DNA of 59,086 bases from a virus (IMGVR_UViG_3300034100_000010:1-59086); one strand, 5' to 3'. Shown: positions 39,233-49,774, numbered from the stretch's first letter. Program-made: numbers and translations. Notes: a model not told the origin generated them from the letters alone.

Positions 39233-40831
39233 TCAAGATTTCTTTAACCCCAATTTAAACCATTCAGGAATGTTCTTCCAAGTCTTTCGGATCAGATTGT
39301 TGAACCTGGAATCCAAAAGATGCGTAAATCCTACATCATCTTTACTTCTTACAACCCTGCCACATTGCTGTAGAAAAACTATCAGTGCTTGTGTATTATA
39401 CCAGTGCCAGAGTCCTTTAGCAAGATTATTTTTAGTTAGTGGGTCATCTATATTACCGTAAGACGGTGTAATAATAATCTGGAACTCTGCAAGATCACCG
39501 TCAAAACTCATACCCTGTGCTACTGAAGGGCTAATAAACACCGCACCTTCAGTTTTCAGAAATTTATCCATTTTGATATGTAAATCTTCGGGTTCGTGTG
39601 AGATAACCCTGTTTGACTTCAAGCACTCTACAACTTGTCTAGCCTTGGCGTAGGAAGGTGTGTGAATGATCCCGCGTTTATTTGGATAAATTTTAAGAAT
39701 GCGTTCAATCTCTTTACAAGCTATCGGTAGGTTCTTGTTCCAGTTCTTGTGGGATAAGTCAATATCTCTAGTAGGTAAGAACACTGTACGGTTTTCCACG
39801 GGGAAGTCTGACGGTACTCTAAGAAAATCTACATCATCTTCTGGAATACCCAAGCCTTGACAAAACATTTTGTAATCTGGGATTGTGCCAGACATCATGA
39901 CAACCTTCTTACCTAGATTCAACAACAGTTCGTTTGCCAAACCACCGATAAACTCAGGGATGAAGGTGACTGTGAAAGTTTGCTTTTCGTGGTCATGGAA
40001 CACTTTAGTAATTGCCTTGTTACCGTAAGCTGACTCAGACTTCTCAAACTTTTCTAATTTGGCTAAGTATTTTTCAAGTTCTGATTTGTCCTTGAAAGTG
40101 TCTGTTTGTTCGTTGCGTTTGAGCCAAGCTATCCAGTGAGTTGGGCTTGACAAATGCTCAATTTCTTTGGTGTATACGGTGCGTTTGATTACAATGTTCA
40201 GTGTTGCAATAGACCTGATGACTTTCTCAAGATCGTGGGCCTCATCGACAACTAGAAGATTGCGAGGTGAGAGATGTCCTCCGAAATAACTGATATAAAT
40301 CAACGAGTATGGGTTAGCGATAACTAGTTTATGTTTCTGGCACTCTTCAATCATGGTTGTGTAAGGACATGAACCGCTGGTGCGTTCGCATTCTTCGATA
40401 AACGCCTTACGCTTGCCGTTTCTAAGGGGTATACAAGGCGCTGCCGCACATGATGAATACTTGTCAGGCATGGGGAAACTCTGACCTTGTTTAATCATGT
40501 GTATGACAGCGCGATTCTGTTGAGGCTTGTTGTAGGTGCATGGATAGTTTACACGTCCTCTGAGCTGTACTGAATCACCGTGGAAATCTTGGCTGTACTG
40601 CGATTGCAACGCCTTCGTGGGAGTAATCACATACGATTCGCCATAGGCGTTACAAGCCGTTACAGCCAAGAAAGACTTACCCGCACCTGTAGGCAGTTCG
40701 ATGATGCTGAAACGCTTCTTGGACTGTTCAAGAAAGTTAAGAGCCAGACGTTGCTGGCCCCGAATTTCCCCTAAGTGTGTTGGGAAGTGGCTAAGGATGG
40801 TCACTTGTTCCTTTATATCGTCAATTGTCAA
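39233..40831 (-). CDS. DinG/Rad3-like SF2 helicase
   Basis: LPTGAGKS, Cys cluster, DEAH, MSGT, QQCGRVVRSKDD. Confidence 0.85.
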   Translation of the reverse strand: MTIDDIKEQVTILSHFPTHLGEIRGQQRLALNFLEQSKKRFSIIELPTGAGKSFLAVTACNAYGESYVITPTKALQSQYSQDFHGDSVQLRGRVNYPCTYNKPQQNRAVIHMIKQGQSFPMPDKYSSCAAAPCIPLRNGKRKAFIEECERTSGSCPYTTMIEECQKHKLVIANPYSLIYISYFGGHLSPRNLLVVDEAHDLEKVIRSIATLNIVIKRTVYTKEIEHLSSPTHWIAWLKRNEQTDTFKDKSELEKYLAKLEKFEKSESAYGNKAITKVFHDHEKQTFTVTFIPEFIGGLANELLLNLGKKVVMMSGTIPDYKMFCQGLGIPEDDVDFLRVPSDFPVENRTVFLPTRDIDLSHKNWNKNLPIACKEIERILKIYPNKRGIIHTPSYAKARQVVECLKSNRVISHEPEDLHIKMDKFLKTEGAVFISPSVAQGMSFDGDLAEFQIIITPSYGNIDDPLTKNNLAKGLWHWYNTQALIVFLQQCGRVVRSKDDVGFTHLLDSRFNNLIRKTWKNIPEWFKLGLKKS

Positions 40832-40848
40832 TAACTACCGAAGATTTG

Positions 40849-41247
40849 TTACAAACGACTCAAACAGTTAAGTTCTTGAATCTGTTCAAACTTGTGCTGG
40901 ATAATTTCCTCAAGTTCTGAATCACCAAACTCAAAATTGTCTGGGATGTTTAGGTTGTATAAATCTTTGTCGAATCCGGCAACGGTCTAACGCTGCTTTA
41001 ACAAATTCAAAGTGGTCTGAATCAGCGCACAAGATCAAATCAGCCCAAAACAAATGTACTTTGTCAAGAGGAATCAAGGCGTATTCTTGAGAGATGCCTA
41101 CAGCCCTTGGATTTACATAAGAGTATCTACTTGTCAACACTCTCGCCATTGTCGGGCTGCGTAGAAGTCCTGCTGAACAGACACATAAGACTCTAAGGTC
41201 TGAACCTTGGAACATATTTTTGGCATTGCTAGGCGGTTATTGCTCAT
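40849..41247 (-). pseudogene. Low-molecular-weight PTP-like phosphatase with two frameshifts
   Basis: CSAGLLRS (CX5R) loop. The RBS-preceded ATG at 41247 and the C-terminal LNIPDNFEFGDSEL are in a different frame from the catalytic core. Confidence 0.65.
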
Positions 41248-41298
41248 TTTGTTCTCTCCTATTTATGTAACCTATTATACGTTTGTTACTGCCATGAG

Positions 41299-42909
41299 TC
41301 AAACCTTTTCATCAATAATTGACTGGTACATCTCCAAAACGCTGTCCTGAGATTCTTTCTTACCCGTCATGATGTCGTAACGCTGGTTTTCTAGGTTGGT
41401 TGAGGTTATGTAATATATCATCATGGGTGAGTCCTGTTTGATAGAGTTCATGCGTTCTAGGCTCTGAATGAACTGCCGACCGGATGCTATCGGTCCAGCG
41501 TAAATTGTTGTGTCCGCTACAGAAAATTCACAACCATGTGCGATAACTTTAGGGTGTGCTAACAGAATGTAAGGGTCTTTTCCGGTCTGATACTCTGTAA
41601 AAATCCTAGCACGTTCATCCTTAGATGTACTGCCATCAACCATTTCACAAGTATAGTGTTTCTTCAGTTCCTCATAATAAGCACGTAACGCACCAGTATA
41701 CGGTACGAGCACCAAGATTTTCTTGGACGCTGACTTAATACATTCTCTGATAGCCTCTAGGCGTGGTGAAAAGTCAATTGTCTGATAGTCACCTTCTGGG
41801 GTCTTGTACGCGCCCAAACACACCTGGATGCACTTGGCTAACTTGTCAGCACCGTTGATCGCGTTTAGGTTTCCGCCTTTATATTCAGTAGCCATGTCTT
41901 TCTGGAGTTCTTTGAACATCCTGCGCTGTTCGTCAGATAGCTCGGCATGTATGCGCTCGTGTGACATAGGCGGTAGGTCTTTAAGTACATCTTTTTTAAG
42001 AAAACAAATGGCCGGTTGTAGAATTTCATGGACTCTTTGTTTGGCCGTACTCTTGGCAATCCAGCGAAAAAGTGAAATTTGTATCATGGTTTCGTTACGG
42101 AAAGCCCCGAAATACTTAGGTGCTTTAGTCTTGTCTACCAGTTTTGACAGCGCAAAAGCATCTGTAGGCTTCTCTCCAGTTGGTGTTGCACCCGCTAAGA
42201 TAACCCTGAGATTTTGTCCTGTTGTGACTTTATTGAAACTCTTCCACATAGCAGTGCCAGCAACGCACAAGTTGTCTGACTCATCCCACACAAACATATC
42301 AATGTCAGTACGTTTCAGGATTTCGGCCTCCATCGTCTTGACACCGTTATGATTCAGGATGTATATATCTACATCACACGATAACTGCTCATTACGCTTC
42401 TTCTTGGTTGCGTGATGTACAACAGAGTAAGTCAGGTTATGATAGGTGTCGGCTATACTCTGCGCCCATACAGTTTCAATGGTTGAGAGTGTTCCGAAGA
42501 TCATGGCTTTCTTGATCTTACCAATAGACTTTAGGTAGTCTAGCGTCATCAGGATTGAGTGCGTCTTACCAGTTCTAGGTTCGCTTAGATTATGACATCG
42601 TTTATGTGCTGCCTGAAACCCGACAGACACCTTCTGGTGTGTCATAGGCTCATACTTACCTTCGATTTTAGGCCACGCATAATAGACTTCTGCCGGGAAC
42701 GGAACATCAGGATACCCGTTAGCACGTAACCATAAAACTTCATCTTCCCCATGAAAAACGCAAGTCACATCTCTACCACCAACCACCAAAGCCTTAGACC
42801 TTGGGATGTGGTCAAGGATTTGTGGAAGATGGTTTTGGAAGAGGAGTGACTTACTAGACTTGTGTATAATAGGTTGTGTTAGCATACAGATTTCATAGCT
42901 CAATATCAA
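41299..42909 (-). CDS. SNF2-like SF2 helicase
   Basis: EPRTGKT, WDES, GATP, VDGST, QSLERM; start probably near 42885. Confidence 0.85.
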   Translation of the reverse strand: MILSYEICMLTQPIIHKSSKSLLFQNHLPQILDHIPRSKALVVGGRDVTCVFHGEDEVLWLRANGYPDVPFPAEVYYAWPKIEGKYEPMTHQKVSVGFQAAHKRCHNLSEPRTGKTHSILMTLDYLKSIGKIKKAMIFGTLSTIETVWAQSIADTYHNLTYSVVHHATKKKRNEQLSCDVDIYILNHNGVKTMEAEILKRTDIDMFVWDESDNLCVAGTAMWKSFNKVTTGQNLRVILAGATPTGEKPTDAFALSKLVDKTKAPKYFGAFRNETMIQISLFRWIAKSTAKQRVHEILQPAICFLKKDVLKDLPPMSHERIHAELSDEQRRMFKELQKDMATEYKGGNLNAINGADKLAKCIQVCLGAYKTPEGDYQTIDFSPRLEAIRECIKSASKKILVLVPYTGALRAYYEELKKHYTCEMVDGSTSKDERARIFTEYQTGKDPYILLAHPKVIAHGCEFSVADTTIYAGPIASGRQFIQSLERMNSIKQDSPMMIYYITSTNLENQRYDIMTGKKESQDSVLEMYQSIIDEKV

Positions 42910-43171
42910 CCTTTACACAAACCATAACTCGTTCTTTAAGTTGTTTGACAAGTTCGGATTTCTTCAAGTCTGCCATGTCTTCAAAATCATCATCGTCACT
43001 ATAGACAGTTTCCCAGATATGCTCACCATACCTAAGATCAACACCGTTTTCGAAGTCGATATAGGTTACTATATCACCGTCAAAGGTAACTCTGTAGCCA
43101 TTGTCAATACATCCCTGAATCTTTGTAAAGTAGGCTTTCAAAAGGTCTTTGCGTTTTTGGCGGTTATTCAT
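42893..43171 (-). CDS. Hypothetical protein
   Basis: Packed 92-aa ORF. Confidence 0.55.
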   Translation of the reverse strand: MNNRQKRKDLLKAYFTKIQGCIDNGYRVTFDGDIVTYIDFENGVDLRYGEHIWETVYSDDDDFEDMADLKKSELVKQLKERVMVCVKVDIEL

Positions 43172-43174
43172 AAT

Positions 43175-44209
43175 TTAATCACGTTCTTTGAGTAAGAAGT
43201 TATTAGCGATAGTCTTAAAACTGAATTTGCCATCAAGTCGTTTGTAAACTAAACCTTCACGTACAGCATGATTTAGTGACTTACCCTCCGCCGCTAACAG
43301 CAAATCATCAATTGACTTTGATTCTAAACAAGTTGCATCAGCTAGTATAGGACAATGATCCCCAGTAAACCCTAAGTCCTCAAGTTGACTAACTAGCTTT
43401 ACCCTATCAGAAGGTGTTAAATATACCTGCTCATCAATATCAAAAATGTCAAACACATATATCTGATGTTCTTTTAAACCTTCTCGATTACCCTGAATCC
43501 CTTCACCCATTAGTTCGCCTTGGACTGCTAGGTTTCTACCCAGAATCTTTAAGGCTTCAAGCAAGTTTGTTTTTACACAAGTCTTAATGAAAATATTACC
43601 AGCGTTTTCCTCATTAAGTTTTAGTTCAAGATTCCTTGAACACACCCCAATCTCGCCATTATTATAGTACGCTGTTAGGCTACTACCATCGAGCTTAATA
43701 GTAATCTCAAATTGCTCGTCGTTATCAAAGCTATCTGCAATTTCCATTACGAGGTTCTGAGCGCGTTCCTGATCTGTCTTGCGTAAAAACTGTGGGAAAT
43801 ATCCTTTTGCTTGACCTTGCATTTGAGCAGGTAGTGGGCGTTCCCATTTCTTAATACCTAGAACCTCAGTTAGATCAAGACCTTCCATAATATTGCAGTG
43901 TTCTAAACCTGTGATAGGTAGAATCAAACCTTGACTAAGCATTTTGCGTAACTTTACAGTCCTCAACCGTTCTCCAAGAATACCCTCAAATTCGTGAGGC
44001 TCTTTACCTTCTTTGGTCAGGAATGGTGCAAGCTTTGTAGGTAGCCAAGAATCAATCTCAAAATATACTACAAGTTCGCCAACATTGAATTCATTCTTCT
44101 TAACAACAACCTGCCAACCATCAACTTTTGCAAGTTCAATGTTATCAGCATCCGGGATTTCCAAGATCGAAGAAATCTTACGAACTGATGCTAGTTTACG
44201 TTCACTCAT
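43175..44209 (-). CDS. RNA ligase (DRB0094/Rnl2-like)
   Basis: N-terminal RKLASV..I..IPDADNIE OB-type domain, KTDQER, KLDGSS, VCSRN, QGELMG, FDI, EGLVYK, SFK. Confidence 0.9.
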   Translation of the reverse strand: MSERKLASVRKISSILEIPDADNIELAKVDGWQVVVKKNEFNVGELVVYFEIDSWLPTKLAPFLTKEGKEPHEFEGILGERLRTVKLRKMLSQGLILPITGLEHCNIMEGLDLTEVLGIKKWERPLPAQMQGQAKGYFPQFLRKTDQERAQNLVMEIADSFDNDEQFEITIKLDGSSLTAYYNNGEIGVCSRNLELKLNEENAGNIFIKTCVKTNLLEALKILGRNLAVQGELMGEGIQGNREGLKEHQIYVFDIFDIDEQVYLTPSDRVKLVSQLEDLGFTGDHCPILADATCLESKSIDDLLLAAEGKSLNHAVREGLVYKRLDGKFSFKTIANNFLLKERD

Positions 44210-44571
44210 AACCGAATCTCCGATATTCCCGAATTAGTTGTAAAAACTATGCGTTTAATTTGGAATTTTTGTAGTAATTCAAAACAATCCGCGCAGGGTA
44301 ACGCAAGCCCAGAACTACCATCTTTCTTGATACGTGCTACAAACATGGTGGAACCTTTAATATCTTCGATACTGACTCGTTTTAAGGCTACTAGAAGCGC
44401 GTGAGTTTCTGCGTGTAGGGCGTTATCCCAATGGTTACTCCGAAGGCTTCTATGACCTCTTAGTTGGTTGTATCCGGTTGCTAGGACTCTGTTGCCTTTT
44501 GTCAGGACAGCGCCGACCCTTTGCTTGTAGGAGGAATTTTCGGCATTCTTTATGGCTTTTTGGATTGTCAT
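44206..44571 (-). CDS. Zinc-dependent cytidine/deoxycytidylate deaminase family protein
   Basis: HAE and PCxxC motifs. Confidence 0.85.
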   Translation of the reverse strand: MTIQKAIKNAENSSYKQRVGAVLTKGNRVLATGYNQLRGHRSLRSNHWDNALHAETHALLVALKRVSIEDIKGSTMFVARIKKDGSSGLALPCADCFELLQKFQIKRIVFTTNSGISEIRL

Positions 44572-44933
44572 GATTTTCTAACTGATAATCTTCTATTATA
44601 AGTCCTTACCGCATGGCAATTTACACATACCAGATCGCATTTTGCAATCTCCGCAAGAATGACCTTCTTACTATAACCTAACTTTACTAAATCAGATATA
44701 TTGTTGTTTTTGTCATTTGATATGTGATCGAAATGCATTGCTTCTGGATGAAAAATATTGTTACAATCAGTACACGGTTTATCTTTTAGTGTGTTAACCC
44801 AAACTAACAAACTGTCTCTACGTTCCTTAACCTGTTTGTATCTTTCTGATTTTATCTTCTGAAATCGCTTAGCATCATATAATTTAGTGCATTGTTTGCA
44901 CCAACACTTATCAGGTAATTTACAAATATTCAT
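44568..44933 (-). CDS. HNH endonuclease
   Basis: CTDC...FDH...KCDLVCVNCH. Confidence 0.8.
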   Translation of the reverse strand: MNICKLPDKCWCKQCTKLYDAKRFQKIKSERYKQVKERRDSLLVWVNTLKDKPCTDCNNIFHPEAMHFDHISNDKNNNISDLVKLGYSKKVILAEIAKCDLVCVNCHAVRTYNRRLSVRKS

Positions 44934-45046
44934 TTCGTTTCTCTAATTTGGAAAACTATTGTGTACTCCAAATTATAGGCCGTGTCAACCCTTAATATTA
45001 ATACTCGGCTTCGTGTATGTTTTAGATTTACCACCTAAATACCGCA

Positions 45047-45274
45047 TTATCCAAATATCCCTTTAAAGAAGTCAGGCATTTCCGCCGAAGGTTTAGCACT
45101 ATTAGCACTATTAGCACTATTAGCACTGTGATGCAAAGTTTCAGGTTGTTTTGTTGCGCTGTAGTGCTTCAAAATGTTGATTACATCACGCGCGTTCTGT
45201 TCGGATGGGCGTTTGGTCCCATCGACAACTGCTTTAGCTCTCGCATAGGTGGCCTGGATTTGTTCGGGTGTCAT
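45047..45274 (-). CDS. Hypothetical protein with SAN tandem repeat
   Basis: 9-bp tandem TTAGCACTA about three times near 45093-45127. Confidence 0.5.
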   Translation of the reverse strand: MTPEQIQATYARAKAVVDGTKRPSEQNARDVINILKHYSATKQPETLHHSANSANSANSAKPSAEMPDFFKGIFG

Positions 45275-45434
45275 TGGTCAGTGTCATCGTTTGATATTGA
45301 ACCTAATGCGTCACTGATCGCTTGAAGAAGTTCAAAGTTTGTCATTTGGTTTATAGTTTTCTCAACATAACCTTCACCAAGTTCGTGCTTGTATTGTTGG
45401 GCATATAGCCATCCAGTTACTTCCTGAAATAGTG

Positions 45435-45809
45435 TCATTTCTTTAAACTCCTAGATTTATAGCAGGCTTCTTGGGCATTATATTCCTTAATCTGATTAGC
45501 AATGTTCTCGCTAATATCACAACACATGTTCAAGTCTTGAACTGCCATATACAACCCACCACAAGTCTCACACATATACCAAGGTGCTAGAGGTACTTCA
45601 TCACCGTAGATTGACTCCTCGATATAATTACACCGTTCTGTTGTCGGTCTCCAACGTCTGAAGCGTAGAACTTCGGAACCTACAGGTAGTTTAACTCCGC
45701 ACGAACAACATTTGCGGCTACGTTTGGTATCTAGGATGCTGAAATTCTCTGAAGTGTCATAATACCAAGCTGGCGCATCATCGTACTCGCAGTTACATGA
45801 AAGACTCAT
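45435..45809 (-). CDS. Cys-rich zinc-finger hypothetical protein
   Basis: CCSC and CETC motifs. Confidence 0.55.
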   Translation of the reverse strand: MSLSCNCEYDDAPAWYYDTSENFSILDTKRSRKCCSCGVKLPVGSEVLRFRRWRPTTERCNYIEESIYGDEVPLAPWYMCETCGGLYMAVQDLNMCCDISENIANQIKEYNAQEACYKSRSLKK

Positions 45810-45988
45810 GATTGCATAACCTCATGCGCCAGTCGTTCTAGTTCAGCAGCCTCACGAAAAAACTCAGTATCTGTATAAGCCATACTCTGACCGAGCGATT
45901 CGCGTATCATATTTTCAGCTTTCATGCCCTCTATACGAGCATTACACATTGAAATAAGTGCAAAGTACCTTACAGTATTGTTATCCAT
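45806..45988 (-). CDS. Hypothetical protein
   Basis: Translationally coupled on both sides. Confidence 0.5.
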   Translation of the reverse strand: MDNNTVRYFALISMCNARIEGMKAENMIRESLGQSMAYTDTEFFREAAELERLAHEVMQS

Positions 45989-46884
45989 TACATGTCCCCC
46001 TCAAACCGTTGTCCAAGCGATACAGGAAATCTAGGTTTGTCTTTAACTCCGCATTCCTGAAACTTATACTTCCAAGTCACACCAACTAATTCTTCACGAC
46101 TATTCCAGATGGCTTTACGCTGTTCGTCAGTAAACCCAGTACCAATTTTGAACGGTTCTTCAAACGCAGGGTCTTTCACGATTAGCGATCCCAGCGTATC
46201 CATAGGCATCATGTTCTCTTGGTGGCTGCTGCGTTCTGTATGACCTAGTGCATTCTTAGTGGCTTCGTTGGCGTTGTGCATACGCTCTTCAAAGCCTATA
46301 ATTCTGCACTCAGAATCTTTGAAGCGTTTGATTTTTAACAGAATCTGATCGTTCGCTGTACTTCTGCCGTGCTTATAAACACCTTCTGTACAGCGCGTCA
46401 TCACTCCTTCGTAACCTTTTGAAACATATTTTGATTCCCACCGATCTAGCTGTTCTAACCCTTCTATAAGCGCTTGGTCTACAAATCGAACAAACTCAGG
46501 GTAATCTACCACAAACGTACCTAAATTGACATTATATACCCAACGATTTTCATAAGTGCCTTCAGCAATCCTATCAAACACATGGTACTGAAACTCAGGC
46601 GCACCATCAAACGACATTACAGCACTTGAAGTTTTATTAAAACAGTCCGAAGCTGTTGGCGAACCTACGATCAACTCACCGTCAAACCCTTCCAGAATAT
46701 CAGCGTGGGCTTCCAAAATCTCCCTGATATACTTGTTAGGGATTGGCTTCAGGTTGCGTGTAACAGCCTTTCCGTTTAGGATAAGTGTGCGAATTCCATC
46801 TAGTTTTGGGCTCAAGTATAGTGGGAATCTGAGTTTGCTCAGGTCGGCTTCTACTGCTAGAAGTGGTTTGAATGTTTTAGTCAT
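45988..46884 (-). CDS. ATP-dependent DNA ligase
   Basis: KLDGIR, DGEL, FD, EGVM, LLKIK, GTGF, PRFP. Confidence 0.95.
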   Translation of the reverse strand: MTKTFKPLLAVEADLSKLRFPLYLSPKLDGIRTLILNGKAVTRNLKPIPNKYIREILEAHADILEGFDGELIVGSPTASDCFNKTSSAVMSFDGAPEFQYHVFDRIAEGTYENRWVYNVNLGTFVVDYPEFVRFVDQALIEGLEQLDRWESKYVSKGYEGVMTRCTEGVYKHGRSTANDQILLKIKRFKDSECRIIGFEERMHNANEATKNALGHTERSSHQENMMPMDTLGSLIVKDPAFEEPFKIGTGFTDEQRKAIWNSREELVGVTWKYKFQECGVKDKPRFPVSLGQRFEGDM

Positions 46885-47071
46885 TTTGATCTTTCAACTT
46901 TATAAGAAGATCTTTTTTGAGTTCTTGACGGTATATCTTTTTCCAAAGCGTCCGCGATGCTACCTTTTTAGCAGTGTTGTGGAAACGTGCTCCCTTCAGC
47001 GCATACAGCATGAGGTCAGCCTTATCAGGATTTGCTACATCATCGTTTCTAGGAATTCCGAAAGCTCTCAT
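46877..47071 (-). CDS. Small basic hypothetical protein
   Basis: ORF overlapping the ligase start. Confidence 0.5.
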   Translation of the reverse strand: MRAFGIPRNDDVANPDKADLMLYALKGARFHNTAKKVASRTLWKKIYRQELKKDLLIKLKDQND

Positions 47072-47130
47072 TTCATAAATCCTTAGTAAATGTAGGAGTT
47101 ATTTTACAAGGAATCTTTGGTTGTGTCAAT

Positions 47131-47805
47131 CTATTTAAACGGTTTGTATGAGGGGCAGTTCTTAGCGCTGCACCAACCTTGGCAGAGGCCGCTCTTGGTC
47201 ATCTTGAACTCTTCTGTTGCTACAGCCTCTTCAATACGCTCAATTTTGCTCAAGATGTCTGCTTCAAGGTCTGCAACTTGTTCGCGCTTATATGTTCGTT
47301 TTGATTCTGGTCCACGAGTCTTCAACCACACTAAACCTGTGTCAATCCGTTCAAGTTCTGGATGTTGTTTGAAATGAAGCAATGAAAACATATCCATCTC
47401 TAGTTTGTATTTTGACGGATCGACTTTTCCGGCAAATTTCCAGTCCTTGATGATAACCCTCGGTTCTGTTGGATGGAAGATCGTCAAATCCGATTTCCCC
47501 TTCAACCAAGCTAAACGGTCAGACCAGTCTATAGGTTCCCAACCTTCCTTGAAACTAATGGGGTATTCAGTGATAACTTTACCTTCAGCAGCCTTGACAG
47601 CGGTTACAATTGGGCGCAAGAACTCGTAACGGCCTGAGAAATCCCTAGTGCCTTTTACGGCACCGTCGATAAAATCGTGCATCTCGGACCCATAGGCCGC
47701 TGCTTCGGACTGCTCATATTTAACGTCTTTAAGGATGTACTGGTGGTAGTATGCCATAGGACATTGTAGAAATTTTGAGATGCTGCTATAGGAGTAAGCC
47801 ATCAA
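47131..47805 (-). CDS. PD-(D/E)xK RecB/Cas4-like exonuclease
   Basis: SYSSISKFLQCP, GKSD, DWK, LCQGWC..C. Confidence 0.85.
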   Translation of the reverse strand: MMAYSYSSISKFLQCPMAYYHQYILKDVKYEQSEAAAYGSEMHDFIDGAVKGTRDFSGRYEFLRPIVTAVKAAEGKVITEYPISFKEGWEPIDWSDRLAWLKGKSDLTIFHPTEPRVIIKDWKFAGKVDPSKYKLEMDMFSLLHFKQHPELERIDTGLVWLKTRGPESKRTYKREQVADLEADILSKIERIEEAVATEEFKMTKSGLCQGWCSAKNCPSYKPFK

Positions 47806-47984
47806 ATCTCAACTTTAATGTTGCAAGAAACGACCCTATTAATACGCTCACCAATAAACACATCGGTGTTAACGTCAACTCTGTTTATAGAAACTTTATA
47901 TTCATCCTGAAATTTCCTAAGTAATTCCAGAATATCGAGTTCAAGGCGAAATTTAGTGTCTTTAAATTCTTCTAGTGTACTCAT
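47802..47984 (-). CDS. Hypothetical protein
   Basis: Coupled small ORF. Confidence 0.5.
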   Translation of the reverse strand: MSTLEEFKDTKFRLELDILELLRKFQDEYKVSINRVDVNTDVFIGERINRVVSCNIKVEI

Positions 47985-48143
47985 GGTAGTGTCCTGTCGT
48001 GCCAGTAATAAGGGTCAAAATAATCGTCAGGGTCTTCGGAATCTTCATCCCAAACTTGAAGTGTGCCATATTCGGAAGCCATAATAACAACCCCATGTAG
48101 TTTACAAAGGTCTGTAAGAGCAATCCTAAAATCGTCGTATTTC

Positions 48144-48326
48144 TTAGTCATAGTAAACCTCCAATCTTTCCCAAGCCCACTGCATCACACACGCTTCTCG
48201 ATCTTCTTCACGCATAGTTTCCAACTCACCCTCGTCAAGTCCTAAATCTTTAACGGTGTCAACCTCTTGCTTCCTACAGGAGTGTATGTTTGCACCACTA
48301 TTGCAGTAGAACGTAACTTTAGCCAT
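48144..48326 (-). CDS. Hypothetical protein
   Basis: AGGAG RBS; 60-aa ORF. Confidence 0.55.
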   Translation of the reverse strand: MAKVTFYCNSGANIHSCRKQEVDTVKDLGLDEGELETMREEDREACVMQWAWERLEVYYD

Positions 48327-48337
48327 TTTTGTTTCTC

Positions 48338-48763
48338 CTAAACACCAGAACTCCCGAAACCCCCGTCACCGCGATCTGTTTCCGTAAGTTCAGAAACTTC
48401 TTCAAATTGTACGGAAAAATGCTGTTGAATTACCAACTGCCCAATCCGCATACCCTTCTCAACCAGGAAACGGTCATCTTGATTACTCGTAAGCAACACA
48501 CAAATTTCCCCAATGTAGTCCGAATCCACGATTCCAGGCGCGTTGTATACCGTTACGCCTTTTACAGCAAGTCCTGAACGTGGGCAGACAGCACCGAAAT
48601 ATCCTTCAGGTAGTTGAATAGCGATGCCTGTATGAACCTTCAACACTTGGTCTTTGTGGAGGTGTGCGTTCTCTAATGCATAAAGATCATAACCGGCGGC
48701 ATGTTCTGAACCTTGTGTTGGTGTGATAGCATCTTCGTGTAACTTTTTGAATTTTAGGATCAT
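48338..48763 (-). CDS. dut: dUTPase
   Basis: AGYDL, PRSG, GIVDSDY.GE, RIGQL, RGDGGFGSSG. Confidence 0.95.
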   Translation of the reverse strand: MILKFKKLHEDAITPTQGSEHAAGYDLYALENAHLHKDQVLKVHTGIAIQLPEGYFGAVCPRSGLAVKGVTVYNAPGIVDSDYIGEICVLLTSNQDDRFLVEKGMRIGQLVIQQHFSVQFEEVSELTETDRGDGGFGSSGV

Positions 48764-49107
48764 GATGATCTCATCTGTTTAAGCAACAATTCAAGACAAA
48801 CAATATTAGCAGACTTGACAGTATTCAACAACCAATACAGATATTCTCGAATACTCAAACCGCTATCAATAAATTCTTCAAGTGTGAATATGATAAATTC
48901 GCGTTTCTGAAATCTATCATAAGCCAATTGCTGACCAACAACCTTGTTGAAGTTGTCACCATTGCATACAGAAAACGAAGCTGCCACAAGGCGGCTTTCG
49001 TAGTCAATACGAACAAATGCAGTCACACCTTGATCTGACTTTACATGACAGCGCTGGTGGTCATAAGGTCGGTAATAACGGTAAAAGTCAATGTGGTTTG
49101 TGCTCAT
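48760..49107 (-). CDS. Hypothetical phage protein
   Basis: SVCNGDNFNKVVG..LA.DR pattern; RBS. Confidence 0.55.
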   Translation of the reverse strand: MSTNHIDFYRYYRPYDHQRCHVKSDQGVTAFVRIDYESRLVAASFSVCNGDNFNKVVGQQLAYDRFQKREFIIFTLEEFIDSGLSIREYLYWLLNTVKSANIVCLELLLKQMRSS

Positions 49108-49118
49108 TTTAAAAGTCC

Positions 49119-49451
49119 TTATTTATACTCAGTTATAACACGATCAGACCTTGTAACTAAACCATATTCCTGAAGCAAGTCTAACCACATAACATCAGGG
49201 TTTTTCCAATCCGCTGAACGATCTTTAGACCGCTGCCACCAATCATAGTTAATGTCAACTAGGGTTTGTACTAGGTCGTTATTACAGATGCTGTATTCTT
49301 CATCATACCGAGCTACGATAGTACCTTCGTCTACATTAACTTTCACTGTACCTGATTTGTAAAATCCCGAAAGCTCAAAAATAGACCTTGAGTTCTTGGT
49401 TATGAGAATCCCACGTTCTGCAAGGATTCCAAGTTGTTCAATATAGGTCAT
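49119..49451 (-). CDS. Hypothetical phage protein
   Basis: 110-aa ORF containing GFYKSG. Confidence 0.55.
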   Translation of the reverse strand: MTYIEQLGILAERGILITKNSRSIFELSGFYKSGTVKVNVDEGTIVARYDEEYSICNNDLVQTLVDINYDWWQRSKDRSADWKNPDVMWLDLLQEYGLVTRSDRVITEYK

Positions 49452-49573
49452 TTCAAACTGTCCTTAGTGTATGCCTGTGATTCCAAACGAGTCAACCAAG
49501 CAATATGTGTATGTGCTTCAGTACCCCTTGATAGGGTTCGCAAGAAGCGTAGGCGTTCGTAATAGTTACTCAT

Positions 49574-49774
49574 TCAAAGATTCTCCACAATAAATGCAGC
49601 TAAGCGCTTTGCTTCGCAAATACTCAAATTGAAAGAACTCTTTGTCACAGTATTATCATCAGATTTACGTTCAAAATCAAACCCAAACGGTGCTACAGAA
49701 GCACGACTTCCGAAATAAATGTTAAGTTCGCCGCGCCCGATTACATCGTTTGCTATGAGATCAATAGTGTTCAT
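49574..49774 (-). CDS. Hypothetical protein
   Basis: Packed ORF with AGGAG RBS. Confidence 0.5.
   Translation of the reverse strand: MNTIDLIANDVIGRGELNIYFGSRASVAPFGFDFERKSDDNTVTKSSFNLSICEAKRLAAFIVENL

Noticed and set aside
45093-45127. 9-bp tandem repeat as a contingency locus
   Set aside because: In-frame SAN repeat in a low-complexity linker; it cannot switch frame.
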